Source: Phoronis australis (taxonomy: Eukaryota > Animalia > Phoronida). From it: 64,000 nucleotides of DNA. Below are positions 51,652 through 64,000 of this stretch, in pieces (position 1 is the stretch's first letter; every line of letters begins with the position of its first letter). Both the position numbers and the translations under genes were made by a program. Below the pieces are notes generated by a model. That model saw only the letters and a program-made list of their open reading frames with translations. It was not told the origin of the DNA and did not search any database. The stretch is taken from the NCBI GenBank assembly GCA_002633005.1, contig NMRA01000094.1:393714-457713 (forward strand), given 5' to 3'.

Positions 51652-51795
51652 TGTGTGTGTGTGTGTGTGTATACATGTTTCATTGAAAACACGACAGATC
51701 AAAGTCGTGTTTTCAATGAAATATATATGTATATATTTATTTATGTATATATTTATATATATATATTTATATATATCTTGTATAGTATACATAAA
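51555..51795. repeat. Compound (CA)n/(TA)n/(TG)n microsatellite with embedded perfect hairpin
   Basis: Direct reading. Confidence 0.9.
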
Positions 51796-52169
51796 CCATT
51801 AGGGACACCGTTATCAATTTTCGTCTCTTTAACACGTGTGTTAGTTTACTAAATGTAAAAAGGCAAATTAATCACACTTGAAAATTTCTTTTTAATTTTA
51901 AAAACGGTGGCTGTAGTTATTTTCATAACAAATTAGAGATTTGGAGACCAAAAACAAAAGTAGGGTACATTAAAGAGGCCATCGCCAATTTAGAACATAG
52001 AAAACTCCTCAAAAAGATACCGCTGAATAGTCCGAAGCTTCACAAGTCCGACAAATGCTGGCATTTTTAAAAAGTCCATACGGTAGGTCCCAATGGTCAT
52101 AAATCTAAAGTGCGAAGGATTATGAGTCCGAAAGTTCACAATTCCGACAAAAATTTAGGGTTTCGTTAT

Positions 52170-55100
52170 TAGCGGGGAAGGAATATGTGCAAATTTGCAA
52201 AAAATGGGCACTTTGTGACAAGTTTTTGCAATTTGATACGCTGTTAGGTTTTAGCAAAAGAAATTCAAAAAAACACCGCAAACAAAGTGTGCTTACCCCC
52301 TGGTGGTTATTACGCGCAAAATCCAATATGGCCGCCGCCGAAAATGGAAATTGGCATATGTTGGCTATTATTATCACTAGAACAAATTGTGATATCATCG
52401 TTTCAATATTTTGGGGGGTGAGAAGTTCATTTTTGGTGCTAGTTCTATGTTTTGGGGTCCATTCCAACGCAAAACGATACTTTCAAAGCAAATGTCATTC
52501 ACAAATAACTCAAATTTATATTGGTCCTCGTATAATTTACTTTGTTTAATTAATGGGTATATCGATGTGATTCACTGCACAAAATTCCAAAATTACCATT
52601 TTCCAAAACCAGGTTTGAACAAAATAGGACTTGTCCAGCTGACTGTGACAATACTTCTAGACTGAGACTATAGAAACATATATATTTTATTAGCAACTGA
52701 CTGAACAGAATTGTCTACCAAATACTGGTGGCTGCTTGTTTGTATCATGTATGCATACTAACTTATAAAACAACTAGATATTGAGAAAGATGAAATGTCA
52801 GGTATAAGAGTTGTTGCTGGTGCAGGCACCTTCACATTTGACCACTGTGGTACACCGGCCAAGTCCAGCTCGGTGGCACTTACAATTGCCTTTGCAGGCA
52901 ACAACACAGCTACAAGTAGCGAACACAACTGGCTTACATCTTCCAGATCTGACCAATATGGCACTCATTTTGTGGCTCTAGTATTCCATTTCCAACCCCA
53001 TAGACATGGTTTGGTATCTGGGGTTTTATTGGCAAGAGACTGTTTCCAAACAAAAGCTGCAGTGAGCAGGGAACGCTTACCATGTTGGAATGAAGCATGC
53101 TGTGTTGGTGGTAGTGATTCAGGAGTCTTGAGTCCATGGGTGAACAGAAGCTTTCATGCGTCATTCACAGGGTGTGTCCCTCAGTTTTTACTGTATTTTA
53201 GTACTATTCAGCGTTCAAGGTGTCGTAAAAGAATTGAGTCAAGTGTGAGGGTAGTTGGGTCATAAGTGATGGCAATAAAAGTAATTGTGACCTCGGGGAA
53301 AGCAGCCCAAGCATTCCATGGTTTTTCAATCCTGAACATTGCTGAGACGACATCACAACCTGTCAGTACATGGAAGAGTGGGATGACTTCACATTTCTGC
53401 GGCCCAAGATTTTGAGAGATTTGGTGGACAGAAATATCCATATAGTTTTCCAGATGCAAATCCAATCCACAACTCTTAGAGGCCTTGCTTGTGAAAGAAG
53501 CTGACTGCTAGAACCACCGCGACACTGACAACTGTCCTAAGGTAAGCCTTGGTGTCATCCTGAACAGCTGCATGTTGCAAATACATCATCATCCTCGTGT
53601 CAGCTACTGTCTACAGCCATGGAAACAACGGTGATACGTCTGTTGGTTTGCTGCTGAATATTAGGTCGGCATTTGTGGTAAGAAGTTGGTACTGTGAATC
53701 GGCTGTGCTGCCCAGAAGGTCGTCGAAGTCGAACTGGAAGAGCTCGTCCTTGTTTTAACAATTTTGAGGAATGTCTGCCACTGAGTTCCCCTGGGCATTG
53801 GTATCTTAGCCGAAACCCGTGTTTGTCGCCATTCAGTCTCACCACGCTTCACATGAGTCTATAACTTCAGACTATCCTCTCCGTATGTGTCCCAGACTGC
53901 ATCCAGTCTTCTTGTGCCCTCTGCCATCTGGCTTTGCACTTATGGCACCAATTGCATCTGTTGTGTATACTTCCCAAACACTTTTGCACGCTGGGGTTAT
54001 ATAAGAAGTATTGTGGCGGCCACATCGAGAACCACAGAAGCTCCTTTGACTGCTTGAGATCGGCCAGGAACGGGCATGCCAGGCAGACATGAAAGAATAT
54101 CAGATATGGTTCCTGACAGAAGTTTACCTCTACCGCATAAAGATGGGGTTCACGCTGATTTTCGTGCTAGAAAACTCTACGATCTCTATTCCAGGACGTG
54201 CTTGGAGTGACATAAACATCTTAGTGATGATAGCCGTGTTCGCTTTGGCAGATCCCAGCTTGTCAATATTCTTTTTCAAATCAGTGGGTGGTCTGTTGGC
54301 GAAAGTAAACAAGTTGGTCCTTGGGTTTATTTCAGACAATAGTTTGGTAACAATTTCTGTGAATTTGGTTTGACCAATGTTCGGATGTTCCCTAAGGCAA
54401 TTGATGATCTCAGGATCTATGATCTCACCAGTGTCCAAGGTAATAAGATCTGAGCAAGTCTCCTTGAACGGATTGACAACTCGACCCTCCTTCACAAGGT
54501 CGCAGAGAGCTTTGAGGTCCTTCAGAAACTTTGTTTGTTCAGCAATAGACGACTCAGGATGCTTCAGATTGTCATTGTTTCTTGATGCTGAGAAGCATGC
54601 ATCCTCAAACTCATCAATTAACCTCAACACTTCTGACCTTAAGAGCTCAATCATTACTTGTCTTCTTGTAGAGTCCCTTTGCACCACTGTCCTCCTTCAA
54701 GAATTTCATACTGTGCTCTTGGCTCAGGTCAAAGAAAACTTCCAGTCACTACATTGAACAACAAAATTCCCTTCCATGAAATCTTCGTCCACTGAAGGGT
54801 GGGTCTGTGGAAGTTGTACCATGGCTCTCAAGAAAAAAGGCATCCAGCGTAATTCGTATGTCCAAATGCAAAAAAACCATGGACACAATTCTTCACATGG
54901 GCTTTTAAAGTCAATGGCCAATTGCCCAGTCTCTGACCTCGAATGAAGCGACAGTTAATTAGCAGGTAGTCTCTTACAATTTTCCAGTAACAAACTGTTG
55001 GAGCATTGCAGACTCGTTTTTCCCACATATCAAAGCTTTCGTGAGGTCCAAACTTTTCATGACAGTACTCATCATCATATGCATGTTTCTTTAACTCATT

Positions 55101-55776
55101 AAGCCAGAGTGAGTTGGTATGCACATCTGGTACGCTTGACATGCTTTCCACCCAGAGGAGATGGTGCAGCACCAGGAGTGAAGACATTGTCTAGGGAGAA
55201 CATGTGGTCCCATCCAGATCCGTCCAACAGTTTACCTCCACTCTCTTGAAATGCCATTTCGATGTGGAGCATGCCCATGAAGCATAGGTCTACCATTTTT
55301 GATTCACCGACCTCAGCAGGGTACCGCCATTGCATTTTTTCTTCTGAGCATTATATGCAGCCTGATTCAAACCAACAAAAATAATATAACCAATAGATGC
55401 AAGAGTGGAGCTGCGCGGGAACAAGCGTTTGACATTTTCTATCCGGACACAATGCGCGGGGCCAACCGTTTGGTATTTTAAGTTCATAGAAAGTGTAAAA
55501 AGATTTTAATGGCCTCAAAGCATAAAACTAACATCAGAAATAAACTCCCGCACCCAAAAACATGGATTTACAACATGATCTGGTGATGATAATAGCCGAG
55601 ATATGCCAATTTCCATTTTCGGCGGCGGCCATGTTGGATTTTGTGCGTAGCGGCCACTAGGGGGTTAGCACAGTTTGTTTGCGGTGCTTTTTAGAAATGT
55701 TTTACCTATTCCTAACATTGTACCAATTTGCAGACGTTTGTCAAGTGCGCGATTTTCATGAATTCCCTCTCCGCTA
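52170..55776 (-). mobile_element. Academ-type DNA transposon with a decayed transposase-XPG coding region
   Basis: ~300-bp imperfect TIRs beginning TAGCGG/CCGCTA, 3-bp TSD TAT, and frameshifted minus-strand fragments FMGMLHIEMAF, FGHTNYA, NPFKET and FHVLTGCDVVS (XPG/FEN1-like H3TH motif). Confidence 0.75.
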
Positions 55777-56198
55777 TATTGCAAAATTTGTCCCAAAGAT
55801 ACATAAGGTTCATGAATCCGAACTTTCAAGTTTCGGAGTTACGAACTCTTTACTTTCGGACTGGTGGACCTGCGGCCAATTGCCTGGACCACCCAAGACG
55901 TGAATGTATTTCCTGTTTTAGGTCCAAATTCTTCAGAAATTATGCAAGGGAACAAGTAATACACGTAGGGTGTTCGAAGTTATTGATAATTAAATCTGAA
56001 TCGCGTCGGGACATTTTATCCTGCAGTGAAAGAATTACGTTTGAATGAAATGTTCGTCAAAAAACGACCACCGGAATGCGACTGATTTGTACAGTACAGC
56101 ACCATAGCTTTACAATTGTTTAGGACCCCTTTTCGGTGGAACACGTGTACAGATTGCTTCAAGAAAACACATACCATCTGTACGTGATTCTATAAATT

Positions 56199-59100
56199 TA
56201 GTCAGGTTCCGATTTTCAAAAAGGCCTCAGAAAATGATGTCGAGGTCATTTGGAGTTAATGCTGATCTGACGATTTATTTTAACTAATTTTGGGATGCTG
56301 AATCAAAAAATTGTATGCCAGACTGAAATTGGCAAGTCCCAATAAATGCGTTTTAAAATGAGCATGAAACCATAGGTTTTCAGGCACAATAAAATCAATT
56401 TTGATACTATTTTATGATTAGAGGTCAAGGGCACGCAAAAAGGTCAAGGTCACATTATGCCGCACATGTTTCACTTGAAATACAGTGAGTTCAAATATTT
56501 TAGGGCATCTTTACACAGAAATTCAGAATAGTTTTGGAGTGTTTCAGGCATAACATTGAATGGCAATATGAATTTTCTTAAGTCATCGATAAATCTAAGA
56601 TGGCTGCCAGCCACCATCATGAAATTGTAATGCCAATGGACGTATTCTTAGCTCTCGAGCAATATGTCAATGTATTAGGTTCTCATGCACTGGAAGCTCA
56701 TTTTAAGCACTAATTTTGAGACTGGATGTCAAGATTATGCTCAAATGTTGAACTTTGCAAATGTGCGATGACTTGACCACACGAAAATGTCAGTTTCTAT
56801 GGGTTACCATCAAACCAGCCACTTCTATTTCAATTTCATTTTTATTACAGCTACACGAACATCGTTTGATACACTAACACGTTTCTTATAAATAAAGATT
56901 ATAGCAAGTCAAACGGAATATTTCCCGTAAAAAGTTTTCTTAGAACAGTAAAGAATAAGGAAAGCGTAGCAAATGTGGTTCCTCATGGAGCAATATTGCT
57001 TTCTGAGTGAAAGTGCCATAGTCGAACTCTTCTGATTCATTACCATTATTATGAGATATGCATACAGAGTAACGGCATTTCACAAAAGGCAACAACAAAA
57101 GCCTCGAGTGTTACAGTAACCAACAGCTCAATCATTTCTCAATCAGTGGCATTCCGGCAATGTGTCTGAGAGTCCATACATTTGCACGCATCAGTGCCCC
57201 GGAGTCCAACTTGTCGACAACCACAGCGTACGCTGGGACAGCGCATGTTATTTTTATGCAGGAATCTGGAATTGGTGTTAACGTCATCAACAAAGGTATT
57301 GTATGCTCGCCTACAAATATCCAACCAGAATGAGCGACGTCTGCAATTCCTGTATGCCTGTCTCAAACAGCTGCCTGGTAGTTAGCTCGTTGTATGTACC
57401 ACTGAACAGCGTCAGAGGACGGCCGCAAAGACTCATGGGAGACACCTTTGCCAAATAAGGCCACACGAACTTTATCGCTGACAGATTGATTGCACAAACC
57501 ATAAATATGGCACACAAACTCTTCTGTTTGAGATTCCGCCTGTGGTGTAAGGACTTTCCTCCCGATGTCTTCTAAGCTGGGAAACTTGTGTCACAGCCTG
57601 TTATTGCACGAAATGCTGGTAGACTTGCAACCATGGAACTGGTCAATCTCATGAACTGGTATGCACGCTGGTTTCTTCGTAGTGCCTAATTTCATCCAAA
57701 GCTGAGAACATTTCATTTTCTCAGAGTGGTGCACCAGGAGAACAAGTACGTCTGTGTCACGCGAGGAAACGACCTTGGTGTCAACTTCTACATTTACGCA
57801 GTGTGAGACAATGTGTGTGTCAGCTTCCTCATGGTTTGCCTGTAATGCCGAAATGTCGAATTGTGGATCAGATGACAACACTTTCCTTTTGTTGTAACAT
57901 TCCACACTTACATTCATTCTTTTTCCAGAAGGACACTATAGCACTAGCTGTTGAGACAAGACTTCTTGAAGGTCTTGTTTGTTTTCTGCTACTGCCTGTT
58001 TCTTCCACTGATGGAAGTTTGCATCAGGAAAGCAAATCAGCACTAGTTGAATTGCTCGTAGATAGCACTGACACGCCGTCCATGATATATCTGAGAGGAG
58101 CAGCGGCACTAGTCATCGCTGGACAAGCCGTGACTCTTGGAGACTATGCAAAGTCATTTATGAAGACCATTCTGGCTATAGGAGACGGTTTCGAACGAAT
58201 AGATATAACATTTGATCTATATCGGCAACACTCAATTAAAGAAGAAGCATGTAAAAAGAGAAGCAAGGGTATTTATTGGATCAGATGTCAAGTGAATGAC
58301 TTGTCTGTATCGCTTCCAGAAAACTGGTAGAGTTTCATCGAGATGGCAGAAAACAAACATACCAGTTCACAAGATTTACAACAAAATGTCAAGTTCCATG
58401 GTTGCAAACCTACCAACGTTTCATGGAATAACAGATTGTGACACAATTTCCCAGCTTCACGGACACGGAAAAAAGACCACCTGGAAAGTGTTTACGGAAC
58501 ACCATGCTCCCTTAGAAGACCTCGGGAAGAAAAGCCTCACAACACAGGTGGCATCTGAAGCTGAAGAGTTTATGGTGTGCGCAATCAAGCTGTTTGGGAT
58601 GAAGCTCATGTGGCCTTATTTTGCAAAGGTGTCTCCCATGAGTCTTGGCGGCGGTAGTCTGAGCTGTCTAGGGACACATACAACGAGCTAAATATCAAGT
58701 AGCTGTTTGGAGACAGGCAGACAAGAGCACTCAAGAACTCCCAGACATCGCTCATTCTGGTTGGATATTTGTAGGCGAGCACACACTACCATTGTTGATG
58801 ACGCTACCACCAATTTCAGAATCCTGCATAAAACTAACAACATGTAGATGCACCAAGGGCTGTTCCAGCGTGCCCTGTGGTTGTCGACAAGTTGGACTCT
58901 GATGCACTGATGCGTACTGGTGCAAGTGTATGGACTCTCAGACACATTGCCAGAATACCGGTGTTTGAGAATCAATTGAGTTGTTAGTTACTATAAGACT
59001 TGAAGGTTTTGTTGTTACCTTTTGTGAAATGCCATTACACTGTCAGCTAATCTCATAATAATGGTAACGAATCAAGAAGAGTTCGATTCTGGCACTATCA

Positions 59101-59897
59101 CCCAAAAAGCAAGATCGCTCCATGAGGAACCACAATTGTCACGCTTTCTTTTATAATTTAATTTTCTAAGAAAACTTGCTAACGAAAATATTCTGTCTGA
59201 CTTGCTATAATCTTTGTGGCAAATAATGTTCGTGTAGCTGTAATAAAAATGAAATTGAAATATAGAAGTGTCTTGTTTGCTGGTAACCCATTGAAACTGA
59301 CATTTTCGTGTGTTCAAGTCATCGCACATTTGCAAAATTCAACATTTGAGCATAATCTTGACATCCAATCACGAAAATGGTGAGATATTGCTCGAGAGCT
59401 AAGAATACTTCCTTAGGCATTACAATTCCACGCTGGCAGCTGGCAGCCATCTTGGATTTATTGATGACGTAGGAAAAGCTCATTTTGCCATACATTTTGC
59501 CTGAAACACTCCAACACTATTCTGAATTTATGAATAAAGATGTCTTGAAATATTTGAGCATACTGTATTACCACTGGAACATGTGCGACATAATGTGACC
59601 TTGATCTTGACCTTTTCGCGTGACCTTGACTTTCAATCACAAAAACAGTATCAGAATCATACCTGAAAACCTATAGTTCGATGTAACATACTCATTTAAA
59701 AGGTATTTATTGGGACTTGCCAATTTCAACATGGCTGATGGCGGCCATCTTGGATTTGAGGGTTATGCCGGCAAAATCCAGTCCGACAATTTTTTAGATT
59801 CAGCATCCCAAAATTAGTTAATAAAAATCAATCATCAGATCTGCATTACCCCCAAATTCCCTCGACAGTCATTTTTTGCCAATTTGGAACCTGACTA
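56199..59897. mobile_element. Academ-type foldback element with ~1.5-kb inverted arms
   Basis: Termini TAGTCAGGTTCC...GGAACCTGACTA; HEEADT, FHGITDCDTISQLHGHGKKT and a Cys-rich C-terminus, the latter present on both strands. Confidence 0.75.
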
Positions 59898-60349
59898 TTG
59901 TGTTTATTCTTAAATTTGTGAAATGATGAGAAAAAACAAAAATTACAATTAATTGTTGAAAAGTATATAATATATGCAAAAGAAAGCAAAATGCAGACTT
60001 CAAATATCTTTAATTCACACATTGTGCTTTAAAATTCGCGAACACGATATCAAGGAGGCTAAACAAAAACATAGGTTACTCGCCATTAGAGATAACGTTA
60101 CCAAATTTTGTCATGAAAAGACGATGTAAAGGAAAAGTGTATTTACTATACCAACAACATGGCATTTTTAATTTTCCTACATGCAGATGGCGAAGAAAGG
60201 AATTGCATCTTAACTAAACTATTAAATTTATACTACTGAATGTGTACAGGCTACACCATATCTTAGAAGTCCATTGCAATGATGAAATATTCGAAAATGG
60301 CGCTACCACACAATGAAATTACACCTTAAAAAACATCATGCACGGACAG

Positions 60350-60500
60350 CGTTTACTGTTCATGTTAACAGGCCAGTTCATGTATGTGTTTACTGTTCAT
60401 GTTAACAGGCCAGTTCATGTATGTGTTTAATGTTCATGTTAACAGGCCAGTTCATGTATGTGCTTACTGTTCATGTTAACAGGCCAGTTCATGTATATGT
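60350..60500. repeat. ~37-bp tandem repeat, 4 copies
   Basis: gtttactgttcatgttaacaggccagttcatgtatgt. Confidence 0.9.
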
Positions 60501-61156
60501 CTCCAATGTATTTCTATTTTTGTTGTAGTGTGTTATTGTCACTGATTTTTTAAACATTTTACATTGTCTACCATTTCCCAATCAATGCTAAAAATAGCTA
60601 AGAGGTCGAACAATATATTAAGAACATTCCAACAACAACACCAACAACAACGACAGTACTATAGGACTTTTCAAAAAAATGTCTCCACTATCACCAGTGT
60701 CGCTGACGCAACTGTTTCATAACGCTTCAAAATCAGCCCCATTTCCTACCATCCACATTAGATTTACATGATGACAGCAATCACATTTCAACCAACTGCA
60801 AACGTCAACGCATGATGGTTACGGATGCAAAAATCACAGGGTGCAGAGATATTGCGTTTAGGACGAAAAGGCTAACGTGGCCGCCAAGAACATAATTTAA
60901 ACCTAGCATTAGACAGCACCTTAGACAGGATCCGGTTACACATTATATAGTGTTTTTTATAACAAGCACCTTCCTCGAAACTCAACTAAATCTTTAGGTT
61001 AGTAAGACATACAGCGGTTGAGAGAGGAGTCATCCTATTACTCAAACAAGGAACACATGTTTAATAGCCATCTTATTACGAATTGTGTATTCTAAGTGTA
61101 TATGCAAAGGCTAGTCCTACACAGGAAAATATGAACAGACTCAGCATATGTACACA

Positions 61157-61494
61157 CATTGGTGGCGCTCCATAGGGGTCTGAACTAAGTTGGGCTATAG
61201 CCCCCACACTGATTTCAGTGCTGCGGGTGGCGCTCCATAGGGGTCTGAACTAAGTTGTGCTATAGCCCCCCACAAAGATTTCAGTGCTGCGGGTGGCGCT
61301 CCATAGGGGTCTGAACTAAGTTGGGCTATAGCCCCCACACTGATTTCAGTGCTGCGGGTGGCGCTCCATAGGGGTCTGAACTGAGTTGGGCTATAGCCCC
61401 CACACTGATTTCAGTGCTGCGGGTGGCGCTCCATAGGGGTCTGAACTAAGTTGGGCTATAGCCCCCACACTGATTTCAGTGCTGCGCCGCCCAT
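61157..61494. repeat. ~65-bp tandem repeat, 5 copies, derived from a tiny MITE
   Basis: gggtggcgctccataggggtctgaactaagttgggctatagcccccacactgatttcagtgctgc. Confidence 0.9.
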
Positions 61495-64000
61495 CACACA
61501 TTGGCTACACCATCATAATGAACAAGTGAAAGTACTATTATATCTTAGAAGTCCGTTGAATCTGAGCATGTTTGGTACATTCACTGAGTACAACAAACAC
61601 CATTTGACTACTCAACTATTGAGAATTTTTTACATGTGTGAATAGAATACATTCAGGTGAATCTAATCTATGTCAAAAAACGAACCTTTTTCCATTAAGT
61701 GCATGGAAAATAACCCATATACAGGTAATGTTATGTAATGATTTGACATCTAATTCCCGGATATTGTCAATAAAAAACAGCAAAAGTGATTTTCACCCAT
61801 TTATTTATTAGTATGTATGGCTTCGCTTTTCAGAATACCAACAAATACAAATCATAAAATGCGAACACTACAATGGAATTAAACCCGCACAATCCATTTT
61901 TGAAATCGGATTTTACATGTTCTGTTGCTTATTACATTATGAATTACATTTCCACGACTGTACATACGAGTAAATTTAAAACAACCTTTGCAACCTTATG
62001 CTCAGGTTTTCTCTTGCTCCTTTTCTTTCGTTGAAAACATTCGTTCTCACTCTCTTATATTGCTCTTTCACATTCAGGTTCTGAATAAATTTCAACTCGT
62101 GGGTTTCGATGAATCTCATGCTGTCATGTTTGCCTGCAAAATAAATCAGGTTAAAAAAGGTGATAAATGATCTGAAAAAACTTACATTTCATTCTGCTTA
62201 TTGGCTTAACAAAATACTTTCTAAATCATGATAGCAATTACTGTAGTTTGAACTTTCTACCTTATAAAAACGTTAATCTAATGGCCCACTTTATTTACGA
62301 TCTTTAAAATAGGCCTAGTGTAAAAACAGTTGCCTAGCTCACTTAAGCCTGTATTTGAATGCCAATATAAAGGCGCGTTATACAATGAAACCAAACTCGA
62401 ATGTCGCCAGTAGCAAGAAGAAAAGTTATCATTATTCAGGCCTACAGATCACTTATTATAATCACTAGAGAAATTGATTTTATTTATGTAATATTGTATG
62501 AAATATTTAAATTGATTTTATTTATGTAATATTGTATGAAACATTTGAGAATAGCGATTTAATATTTAAAATTGCACACTTACGATTATGGAAACATTAG
62601 TTTACCGTTAGAACAATAATGAAAGAATCTCCCAACCAACTCCGATAAAGCATGCCATAGGCACTTGTCACGGACGCATCGGCTTCCTGGGTCAGCTGAC
62701 ATCTACATTGCTTCCTCATTTTAGAACTTTCGAATATTATCGTTAAAGCTTATATAGACAGTGTTGTGAAAAAGATGGGATTAGCTAATAAGGAATATGA
62801 CTTCGTGAGGTTTGCCGGTTCGAGATTTAGAAACTCCTACTCTTCTTAACTGCACAACATTATTTAATCTTAAATAAAATGGCTTTATTAAGTATTTGTT
62901 AATATTTCATTTATAAATGATCTAGAGACACGGCAAACCCTAGTTATACAGAAGTTAAGTACTACCTAGTGTAATTACTGCATGCTAACAAGATTTCAAC
63001 CCCATGAAACTGTTTTTTAAGAAACCCATATTACTTATAGGCAGCAACCATGAATTTATAAGTTAGATAGCGTGTGCGTGCGTATGTGCGCGCGTGTGTA
63101 TGCATGGTGTTTTATTTTAAGCACACATTTTCGGATTGTTCTACAACTCCCACTACCCCCACGACCGCTTCGACCCACGAGCTGTGGCAATAGGGGTATT
63201 TGTGCGCTGTTTACAAATTTCATAATCTTATTACGTCGCTGTATGGCTTTCGCATAAGATATACCTACACGGGAGTCTGCTCTCGATCAAATCTGGTGAT
63301 TAAAAACAGAAAGTACCGTGAGAACGTGGTCTTGAATAGCGGATTGTGAGCGCGCTATCGTTGTCACGGAAACAGTTCCACGAGCGGCTACCAATGGCCC
63401 AGTTTTACTAAACTTAGGGAGACTGTACGTTAATTTCATATTGTTATTGTTTGCTTTATGTTGTACACTCGTTTACAATATACTCCATATAACGTTGAAA
63501 TATACTTTTTAGTTCACAGTTTGTTTTTTCAAACTGTATTTATTGATGAAATTGCAATTTTGTCGGTTCCTCCACTCTCCGCAAAAAAGGTTGAATCTGT
63601 CATTCACTGAAGAGCAGACGGGACGATTACACTCTGCCGGAAACGACATTTGTAATTCCAAAAAACAGGGAAAACCAGCTGAGCTCACGGCCCAACTCAT
63701 TGGTCCTGATGTTCTATGTTCAGATCGAGTAGAGTTTGTATAGAATGGGTCGAGGGGGTTGTGGGTCGAGGGAATCATGGGTCGTGGGTCGAGGGGGTCG
63801 TGGGATGTTGGGTCGAGGGGATTTTAGAAAAATCCCACGATTAAATGTTATTCACTAAAATGATTTCTAAAAATAAGAAGTGATGTTCCGTACAAGAGAG
63901 AGGGAATGACACGTCCCGGACGGTCGTTTTGATCGGTTCTCAAACTTGACCCCACCTATTGAAAACCTCTGGCTACACCAGTGGTTGTATCCGTTCACCT

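Noticed and set aside
51374-51852. ORFs of 65-142 aa
   Set aside because: Microsatellite translations

Overview
Eukaryotic (animal, probably invertebrate) genomic DNA. The left 38 kb holds the 5' part of a large intron-rich VPS13D gene on the minus strand. I traced 33 coding exons by hand from the ATG at 37924 to an exon ending at 1504 (about 2,520 codons); the gene continues beyond position 1. The introns and the 26 kb upstream are filled with minisatellites and mostly non-autonomous or decayed transposons. These include a Helentron/DINE-like element whose ~145-bp internal monomers each carry a CTCF-consensus motif, a 539-bp miniature LTR element with tRNA-like sequence inside its LTRs, a solo LTR, hAT-like MITEs, a Sola2-like element with a nested Kolobok-like element, and two Academ-type elements, one a foldback built from two 3' ends. 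No other host gene could be supported. All family assignments come from reading the sequence and from recalled family features, not database searches.
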